From: a virus
Virus record (IMG/VR): IMGVR_UViG_3300029826_000001
Location: 3,304 to 67,303 of that record
DNA length: 64,000 nucleotides
Reading direction: 5' to 3' (one strand)
Shown here: piece by piece, positions 57,764 to 64,000 of the stretch
Layout: each line of letters begins with the position of its first letter
Numbering within the stretch: the stretch's first letter is position 1
Program-made: the position numbers and the translations under genes
The notes under the pieces: model-generated
Seen by the model: only the letters and a program-made list of their open reading frames with translations
Database searches by the model: none
Told to the model about the DNA's origin: nothing

Positions 57764-58001
57764 AGAATATTGGTTGGTAGTAGCAATAGCCATTGCTATT
57801 TTGTTTATGTATCTTAGAATGGAAAGGTATGTTGTTGTATGCTCTCAAGATGACTTCACTGCTTTCAGTGGAAGAAAGGCATTCATGACATATGATGATG
57901 CGTTGAAGTTCGCTGAATCAAAAGCAGACCATTTTGACTATGTGTTTATTGAGCATGGAGAGAATCAGGTTGATGTTGTAAGGATGAATGGTAGCAAATG
58001 A
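57756..58001 (+). CDS. small membrane-anchored protein
   Basis: N-terminal TM segment; GGAG RBS. Confidence 0.6.
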   Translation: MVEEYWLVVAIAIAILFMYLRMERYVVVCSQDDFTAFSGRKAFMTYDDALKFAESKADHFDYVFIEHGENQVDVVRMNGSK

Positions 58002-58062
58002 TGAAAGTTAGTGAAGACAGCATCTTTAAATATCTTGAAAAGATAGTATCAGGAGAGAGACA

Positions 58063-58260
58063 ATGAATGACAGAGTAAAAGAAATCCTTGAGAACATCAA
58101 GAAGATGGGTTTAAGTGAGTTGCAAGAATACAAGCGTAGGTTGTGGCTATCTACATCAAAGGACAAAACAAAACTGATTGATGCTTGTGATGAGAGAGAA
58201 TCAATGTTAAGCAAAAATAGTCCAATGATTGAATACTCGGATTTTGACGATATAAATTAA
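58063..58260 (+). CDS. hypothetical protein
   Basis: AGGAG RBS. Confidence 0.6.
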   Translation: MNDRVKEILENIKKMGLSELQEYKRRLWLSTSKDKTKLIDACDERESMLSKNSPMIEYSDFDDIN

Positions 58261-58267
58261 GCAACTA

Positions 58268-58337
58268 TTAAGCCAATAAATACTATAATATGATATGTCA
58301 AAAAACCAACTTGACAAATAAAAATAAGGACTAGAAA
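58268..58337 (+). promoter_or_regulatory. early promoter/leader cassette P8 with hairpin
   Basis: TTAAGCCAATAAATACTATAAT; TGTCAA-AAAACCAAC-TTGACA; AAGGACTAGAA. Confidence 0.85.
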
Positions 58338-58649
58338 ATGGCATACGCATACCCAATATGGAATAAAGTTGAAGCTTGTATCTATAACTCCGATAAAAGC
58401 TATGGAGCGAAAGAAACAAGCAAGGTAAACATCTTGGTAGGTAGTAGTAAGTCGAACTCTTACGAACTTGCAGAGGCAATCACAACAAAAAGAAGATACT
58501 TCGATGAGGATGCAAATGAATACAGATGGAAATTCAGACATTCTGTAGACGGTGTTATCCTCAAGGAAATAATCTTTAAAGACAACAAAGGTAAAGCTGG
58601 TGAGTTTATCAAAGAGCGTTCTGCACTCAAAAGAATGAAGGGGTTGTAA
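58338..58649 (+). CDS. hypothetical phage protein
   Basis: YPIWN.V.ACIY.S.KSYG...VG.S.SNS motif. Confidence 0.7.
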   Translation: MAYAYPIWNKVEACIYNSDKSYGAKETSKVNILVGSSKSNSYELAEAITTKRRYFDEDANEYRWKFRHSVDGVILKEIIFKDNKGKAGEFIKERSALKRMKGL

Positions 58650-58963
58650 TGACATACGAAGAGTTTGAGAAGAGAAGAGTAGAGCACTACGAAGGCATGA
58701 GAGAGGCTGGTGGTATTGCAAATGCATTTCAGGATGGATATGGAGATGACTACCCAGACTACACATATGAATCAGCAATGAAAGAGGCAGATGAGCATTA
58801 CGAAAAGTACGAACAGTTAGCAAAAGATGCGAACATGACGCTCGATACACTTGAGCTGTTTGATATCTTGGTTGAAAAATCAGCAAGAAAGCTGTTTGCA
58901 CAAGCAGACAAGAACAGAGACAAAGGTATGCTTAAAGCATCACTTGGAAGAAGGGTATCATGA
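58649..58963 (+). CDS. hypothetical protein
   Basis: Coupled ORF. Confidence 0.65.
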   Translation: MTYEEFEKRRVEHYEGMREAGGIANAFQDGYGDDYPDYTYESAMKEADEHYEKYEQLAKDANMTLDTLELFDILVEKSARKLFAQADKNRDKGMLKASLGRRVS

Positions 58964-59193
58964 CAAAGACAGTGAGGGGAACATACGGGTCTCTCAATAT
59001 CCCATGCAATGTATTTGTATATGTTAATCGTGATATGGTCTGGTACGCTGTTGAGGGTAGCTCAAATGTTAACGGAACATATGAGCAGATTGAAGATGGT
59101 GTTGATATTGAAAAAATCCATGATTGTGAGTATTTTTCATGGAAAGAAGATATCAACTCAGAAGATGATTTAGTAATTGCTGTAGAAGCATAA
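58960..59193 (+). CDS. hypothetical protein
   Basis: GTYGS...WY.VEGS.NVN motif. Confidence 0.65.
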   Translation: MTKTVRGTYGSLNIPCNVFVYVNRDMVWYAVEGSSNVNGTYEQIEDGVDIEKIHDCEYFSWKEDINSEDDLVIAVEA

Positions 59194-59200
59194 GGGAAGA

Positions 59201-59509
59201 ATGATGGGATTATACCTAGAGCCTAAAGGCGATAAAAATGAAAGAATCAAGTGGCTTGGTGACAACAAAGAGAAAACATATCATCTCGGTGTAGAAGACC
59301 CACTTATTAAGTATGAGTCAATTCCAGTAGATGAGGTTTTGGTATGTCTTGTAGATAACGGAGCTTTTGTAGCAATTGCTGTGTGTTACAGTAGACACGA
59401 ATATGGTGCTTTTGCTAAAGAAGATGGAAGAATCAAGATTTGGGCTACACTAAAGAAGAATGTAGCAAAAGCTGTGTGTCCTATGTGGGATTCATATATT
59501 AAAAACTAA
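59201..59509 (+). CDS. hypothetical phage protein
   Basis: VCLVDNG.F.A..V.Y...E...F...D.R...W. Confidence 0.7.
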   Translation: MMGLYLEPKGDKNERIKWLGDNKEKTYHLGVEDPLIKYESIPVDEVLVCLVDNGAFVAIAVCYSRHEYGAFAKEDGRIKIWATLKKNVAKAVCPMWDSYIKN

Positions 59510-59519
59510 GGAGAAAAAG

Positions 59520-60209
59520 ATGTTAGAAAAACTAGATACAAACGATTTGAGATTGCTACTCGCATACTGTGACAAGAATAGTCCTAAGTTAGAGCTGAAT
59601 GGTATTTGGATTAATGGAGAAAAAGGTCACATGGTAAGTACCAATACAAGAGCACTAATCGTGCTAAAAACAGCTCCAAGTGATGTAAACAATATAGTAC
59701 ATAGGGATAGTGTAGAACTGCTCACAAAGCTCACTACAGTGAATATGTCAAAAGGTGTTTGGATTTCAAACGAGAAGCTGTCAAACGGAAACGGAGAGAA
59801 GGTCATTGATGGTATTGGTATGCAGACATACGACATCCACAGCAGAGATAAAAAAGAGAATGTGATGGTAGTTGGTTCGGTCATACATGGAAAGTTCCCA
59901 GACTACACAAGAATCATTGCAGATGAGTCAAAATATGATACAGATTGGGATGGCGAAACAAAGTATTCAGATGATAACAACGAAAAACCTATCACAAAAA
60001 TGAAGGCAGAAAAGGTTCATGCTGAGTTCTTAAAGCAATCAATTGCTATGACTGGAACAGTTGTTGATGATGCATACATGAAGCCTATCATGGACTACAT
60101 CAAGCAGAAGGGTATCAGTGAGGTAACTTTGAAGTTTATCTCAACAGCGCATCCGATATATGTTGAGCATGATAACTTTGATTTTGTTGTTATGCCTGTT
60201 GTATTTTAA
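59520..60209 (+). CDS. DNA sliding-clamp (DnaN beta) domain-like protein
   Basis: LNGI.......VSTN..AL, GKFPDY.RII and C-terminal VVMP as in beta-clamp domains. Confidence 0.65.
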   Translation: MLEKLDTNDLRLLLAYCDKNSPKLELNGIWINGEKGHMVSTNTRALIVLKTAPSDVNNIVHRDSVELLTKLTTVNMSKGVWISNEKLSNGNGEKVIDGIGMQTYDIHSRDKKENVMVVGSVIHGKFPDYTRIIADESKYDTDWDGETKYSDDNNEKPITKMKAEKVHAEFLKQSIAMTGTVVDDAYMKPIMDYIKQKGISEVTLKFISTAHPIYVEHDNFDFVVMPVVF

Positions 60210-60216
60210 TTTGGCA

Positions 60217-60259
60217 ACCAGCACCAAGCTGTATTGGTGTTGGTATAATTTAATTTTTT
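60217..60259 (+). terminator. intrinsic terminator-like hairpin
   Basis: ACCAGCACCAA / TTGGTGTTGGT stem then a T-rich tail; its 3' arm overlaps TGGTATAAT. Confidence 0.5.
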
Positions 60260-60271
60260 AAAGGAGATGTT

Positions 60272-60490
60272 ATGACCAAGACCATGCTTATTTACGGGAA
60301 GACAAACTCATACTTTAGAGGTATGTTGTTTGAGGAAGCTATCAAGGAAAGATTGAAGCTTGTTGAGCCAAGATACTACGAGATGGAGACATCTAGCAAT
60401 CTCACATATCAAGAAGAGCTAATCAAGAAGGAGATGAGAGATGCCATTGAATGGTGTAGAAAGATGATAGAAGAGTTCGATGAAGACTAA
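60272..60490 (+). CDS. hypothetical protein
   Basis: AAGGAG RBS. Confidence 0.65.
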   Translation: MTKTMLIYGKTNSYFRGMLFEEAIKERLKLVEPRYYEMETSSNLTYQEELIKKEMRDAIEWCRKMIEEFDED

Positions 60491-60497
60491 GTATACT

Positions 60498-60572
60498 TTA
60501 AGCCAATTAATGTTATGATATAACTATCAAATAAAAACCAACATTTGATAAAACCAACACTAAGGACTAGAC
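60498..60572 (+). promoter_or_regulatory. early promoter/leader cassette P9 with hairpin
   Basis: TTAAGCCAATTAATGTTATGAT; TATCAAAT-AAAAACCAAC-ATTTGATA; second AAACCAAC; AAGGACTAGAC. Confidence 0.85.
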
Positions 60573-60830
60573 ATGACAGAAGAACGAAACATTGTTCTAT
60601 GGTACAGAAACAGAGCAGACAAAGACAAACTATACACATTTGATGAGATAGCTGATGGATTCCTTGAGAGTGAATTCTACTCAGACTACAAGAAGGAAAT
60701 GTATCCAAGTATCCAACAAGCACTGGTACATTACATCACAATGGAAGAAGGGCTGAATAGCTCTTATGAGGTGGATATGCTTGACCCCCTGCTTGGTCAT
60801 GTAATCAAAAGACACAAGGAGATGAGATGA
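60573..60830 (+). CDS. hypothetical early protein
   Basis: First ORF after P9. Confidence 0.7.
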   Translation: MTEERNIVLWYRNRADKDKLYTFDEIADGFLESEFYSDYKKEMYPSIQQALVHYITMEEGLNSSYEVDMLDPLLGHVIKRHKEMR

Positions 60831-61483
60831 AGTATGAAGAGTTTACACCAATGCACCAGATACACAAAGAAGATGTTGAAGGTGAGAGATTTAAGATTGA
60901 GAGACTTCATTTATCTGAAGAGGTTGTTGAGAGAGAGAAAAGAACAGCATGGAGAACTGCTGGTGGATATAATGAGGTGAGAGGTCTTGAGGCTGGAACC
61001 TATGTGAAGCTGGTTGATAAGAATAAACGTGAAATTGTGATGTCTGATACATGGATGGAACAAGCTACAAATATTGATTTTGTGAGAAAGGCAAATGGTC
61101 ATGTATTGATTGGTGGTCTTGGTATCGGTATGGTTGTACTTGCAATCCAAGATAAGCCAGAGGTTGAGTCAGTTACAGTAGTTGAGCTTCATCAGGAGGT
61201 TTATGACTTGACAATGAAGCAACTCAAACCTCACCTCAATGATAAGGTCAAAGTGGTGGTACAAGACATCCATGACTTCATACCAGACAGAAAGTATGAT
61301 GTCATCTACTGCGATATTTGGAATAACATCACCAGTGATAACTGGGAGGAGATGAAAGACCTCACAAAGAAGTTCAAGTATAAGGTGAACAGAGAGAATA
61401 AAAACCATATGCTAGACCACTGGAGAAAGAATGATGTTCATAGGCTGTACAAGAAAGAGCAAAATGAAAGATACTTCTGGTAG
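60827..61483 (+). CDS. class I SAM-binding protein (spermidine-synthase-like methyltransferase fold)
   Basis: VMSDT..E, VLIGGLGIG, VVE, YDVIY.DIW. Confidence 0.8.
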   Translation: MKYEEFTPMHQIHKEDVEGERFKIERLHLSEEVVEREKRTAWRTAGGYNEVRGLEAGTYVKLVDKNKREIVMSDTWMEQATNIDFVRKANGHVLIGGLGIGMVVLAIQDKPEVESVTVVELHQEVYDLTMKQLKPHLNDKVKVVVQDIHDFIPDRKYDVIYCDIWNNITSDNWEEMKDLTKKFKYKVNRENKNHMLDHWRKNDVHRLYKKEQNERYFW

Positions 61484-61492
61484 GAGGAAGAC

Positions 61493-61837
61493 ATGATTGA
61501 AGAAAAAGTTACCATGTACATCAGTGATGATAATAAAGTAAGAAGTGATGATAGGAAGCGTGTTGAAGAGTATGAGAAGCTTGTGTTAATCATCCAAGAT
61601 GTACAAAAAGAATTTGATGAAAGATTCATTGATAGTGAGTGGAAGTTTTTGATACAAATAGAAAATAGTTCCTATTCGAGAAATGAAAGGCTTGAGTATA
61701 TTGTTTCACATAAAGAGAATGGTAGAACTCCAGATGAGGAGCTATGCACAAGAGAAGATAAAATTATTGATGCAATAAAAGATATGTTCAAACCAGTACA
61801 GATAGTGTCTGGAAGCATTTATTATTGGTGTAAATAG
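61493..61837 (+). CDS. hypothetical protein
   Basis: AGGAGG RBS. Confidence 0.65.
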   Translation: MIEEKVTMYISDDNKVRSDDRKRVEEYEKLVLIIQDVQKEFDERFIDSEWKFLIQIENSSYSRNERLEYIVSHKENGRTPDEELCTREDKIIDAIKDMFKPVQIVSGSIYYWCK

Positions 61838-61846
61838 GAGTAAAGT

Positions 61847-62116
61847 ATGATAGACACAAACTCATGTGAGATTGTTGGACGCATTGGTAGCCTTAGAGTT
61901 TTCTCAACTATGAATATGACAAAGCAAGAAGGAACAAAAAACATACCAAATCCAAATAGGAGATGGTGGTTCCAGTTCTGGATTCAGAAAACAATAGAGG
62001 TTCCAAATATGGTTCCTATGACTAATGTTATTGTAGACCATTTGAATAATGCAATATATATCCATCCAGCTGTCTTGGATGAGCTGAAGAAGCTTGATGG
62101 ATTTCATTTAGTATAA
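61847..62116 (+). CDS. hypothetical protein
   Basis: AGGAG RBS; I.HP....L motif. Confidence 0.65.
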   Translation: MIDTNSCEIVGRIGSLRVFSTMNMTKQEGTKNIPNPNRRWWFQFWIQKTIEVPNMVPMTNVIVDHLNNAIYIHPAVLDELKKLDGFHLV

Positions 62117-62123
62117 GTACATT

Positions 62124-62179
62124 TTAAGCCAACAATTGTTATAATAATGAACCTTAAAAACCAACAAAAAGGATTATAC
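62124..62179 (+). promoter_or_regulatory. early promoter/leader cassette P10
   Basis: TTAAGCCAACAATTGTTATAAT; CCTT-AAAAACCAACAAA-AAGG; GGATTATAC-ATG. Confidence 0.85.
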
Positions 62180-62449
62180 ATGGAAGTAATTATTGATGAA
62201 AGATACGGAGCAGATGCAGATGGAAACAGAGGAATCAGTAAGCAGTTTGTAGTGTTCGAGAATACTCCAGAAGAGAGAGCTACGATAGCAAAAGCCCTCT
62301 TTGATAAAGGTGTATCCAGTGAGTGTACTGGGTCATCAACTATCAAGTATGATGATGGTAGCGTTGTCGTAGAGGAGTTGGATATTGATGATGTCTATGA
62401 GTATTCATTTGAAATAAAAATGCTTGAGGAGGAGGACGATGAAAAGTAA
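62180..62449 (+). CDS. hypothetical early protein
   Basis: YGADADGNRG motif; ATG 62180 after P10. Confidence 0.7.
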   Translation: MEVIIDERYGADADGNRGISKQFVVFENTPEERATIAKALFDKGVSSECTGSSTIKYDDGSVVVEELDIDDVYEYSFEIKMLEEEDDEK

Positions 62450-63512
62450 GACTATAAATGCGGTAATATCAAAAAAGGTTGGTCAGTGGCTAGACTCAAT
62501 AGATGACAAGGAGCTGAGAGATAAGCTTGTTGGTAATGTTATAGTTACTGGAGGATGTATCACATCAATGTTGCTTAATGAGCAAGTGAATGACTTCGAC
62601 ATCTATATTACGAAAAAGAGCCTCGTAAAAGAATTGTCTCAATACTACTGTGACCAGTGGAATGATGAGCATGGAGATGTACAGAATAAGGTTGGAGGAA
62701 CAGCTGAGGCATATGTCCTTGACGGGGAAGATGTTGAAGCTTGGAAGGATGGAAGAAAGAATCTATCATCTTTTACACTCGGATATAAAGACATGACATA
62801 TCATGATGCTATGGAGTGGAATAGTGATGGCTCTGCACATGAAAGACCATCAAATATGATTCTCAACACAGACAAAGATAGGATTAAGATTATCATAAAT
62901 TCAGATGGTGTTGCTCAGTCAGAAACCATAGATACAGTTGCAGATAATGTAGAGTATGATATCAATGATTTCCTCGATGAGGTGAACGAAGACAAGACCA
63001 ATGTGGATGATGATACAAAAAAGAAATATAGACCTATATTTTTGTCATCGAATGCAATCACACTATCCAATAAGATTCAGATTATTATAAGATTCTATGG
63101 TGAACCAAGTGTAATACATGAGAATTATGACTTTATCCATACTACGAACTATTGGACACATAGAGATGGAGTAGTGTTGAATCAAAGAGCACTTGAGGCA
63201 ATCCTTAATAAGGAACTGTTCTATAGTGGAAGCAAGTATCCGATTGCATCAATCATAAGAACACGAAAGTTTTTAAAGCGTGGATGGCAAATTAACGCTG
63301 GTCAGTACCTAAAGATGGCTTTCCAGATTTCAGCACTAGACCTAAACGACATAAGTGTTCTTGAAGACCAGCTTGTTGGAGTAGATAGTATCTACTTTTT
63401 GCATTTCATAAGAGTTTTGCATGAGAACATACTATCTGGAAAAATAAACAAAGAAGAGGTAACAATTGATAGTACATATGTAGTGTCAGTTGTAGATAAG
63501 ATTTTCGGATAA
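62439..63512 (+). CDS. Pol-beta superfamily nucleotidyltransferase-like protein
   Basis: VTGG.I.S.L...VNDFDIY; NAITLS.KIQ..RF.G...YDF.H; YP..S..R.RKF..RGW. Confidence 0.75.
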   Translation: MKSKTINAVISKKVGQWLDSIDDKELRDKLVGNVIVTGGCITSMLLNEQVNDFDIYITKKSLVKELSQYYCDQWNDEHGDVQNKVGGTAEAYVLDGEDVEAWKDGRKNLSSFTLGYKDMTYHDAMEWNSDGSAHERPSNMILNTDKDRIKIIINSDGVAQSETIDTVADNVEYDINDFLDEVNEDKTNVDDDTKKKYRPIFLSSNAITLSNKIQIIIRFYGEPSVIHENYDFIHTTNYWTHRDGVVLNQRALEAILNKELFYSGSKYPIASIIRTRKFLKRGWQINAGQYLKMAFQISALDLNDISVLEDQLVGVDSIYFLHFIRVLHENILSGKINKEEVTIDSTYVVSVVDKIFG

Positions 63513-63521
63513 GGAGAAAAA

Positions 63522-63734
63522 ATGTTAACAGTAACAGTAGATAAAATAGATAAAAAAAATATATACCCATATGTTGCAACTGCTCCAAAAACTGGAACTG
63601 TTGTTTTATTTACATCACTTAGAAAAGGTGTATGCTTGAGACAAGGTAGTGGTGAAACAAGAGTTGGAGAGACTTCTGATAATTGGGTTGAGGAAAACTT
63701 TATTCCATGCAAAGTAACACTTGAAAGCGTTTGA
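63522..63734 (+). CDS. hypothetical protein
   Basis: AAGGAG RBS. Confidence 0.65.
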   Translation: MLTVTVDKIDKKNIYPYVATAPKTGTVVLFTSLRKGVCLRQGSGETRVGETSDNWVEENFIPCKVTLESV

Positions 63735-63931
63735 GAAAGATGATGGAGATAAAAAAAGTATTTATCCTTGTGCAAATTGAAGGAATTGATGGTTTGAGGC
63801 AAGTTCTACTTGATGAAGAAAAAACTCAACAGTTAAAGTTTCTTATTAATGCTGGTTATTTCGGTAAAGATATTAAAGTTCACGATAAGGTAGTAGCGGA
63901 GGTGGAAGATGGAACTAAAGCAAAAAGATAG
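63731..63931 (+). CDS. hypothetical protein
   Basis: Coupled ORF; start uncertain. Confidence 0.55.
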   Translation: MRKMMEIKKVFILVQIEGIDGLRQVLLDEEKTQQLKFLINAGYFGKDIKVHDKVVAEVEDGTKAKR

Positions 63932-64000
63932 CACTTGGAGAATCACTGTATTGTCAAACAAGAACAAGATTATTGTTGATAGGTTTGGTATGGTGAACAT
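63909..64000 (+). CDS. partial hypothetical protein (runs off the window)
   Basis: GGAGG RBS, MELKQKDSTW... Confidence 0.45.
   Translation, partial: MELKQKDSTWRITVLSNKNKIIVDRFGMVN

Noticed and set aside
1655-63802. Numerous minus-strand and nested ORFs in the track (e.g. 58257..58901, 36963..37424, 6321..6779, 39699..39929)
   Set aside because: They are shadows of well-supported + strand genes, with F/S/L-rich composition and no RBS or motifs

Overview
The window is part of a tailed dsDNA phage genome, AT-rich and almost entirely coded on the + strand. The TTAAGC...TGnTATAAT promoter style suggests a Campylobacterota-type host (inference). Layout: early/auxiliary genes (0.1-2.9 kb); a Mu-like head module with a portal-MuF fusion (3.0-9.5 kb); fibre-like virion genes (9.7-16.5 kb); a lysis cassette (16.5-18.6 kb); a non-contractile tail module with a -1 frameshift chaperone, tape measure and LamG fibre (18.6-36.2 kb); a candidate origin, Bet/RecE recombination, SSB and initiator (36.2-43.4 kb); a minus-strand tRNA cluster; TerS and PBSX-type TerL; a probable DNA base-hypermodification operon (46.3-51.0 kb); and about 35 small early genes. 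Ten near-identical promoter/leader cassettes all carry AACCAAC, and most carry an AAGGACTAG ribosome-binding site. A structured non-coding RNA candidate at about 39896-40160 displays the reverse complements of both motifs in hairpin loops, suggesting one antisense RNA controls the early regulon. Other highlights are an amidoligase/racemase/GNAT/ParB operon, a T10 slippery tract between the portal and MuF domains, and an iteron block that appears to have moved out of the initiator gene. No integrase, transposase, CRISPR array or reverse transcriptase was recognised. All family calls come from motif recognition by eye, not database searches.
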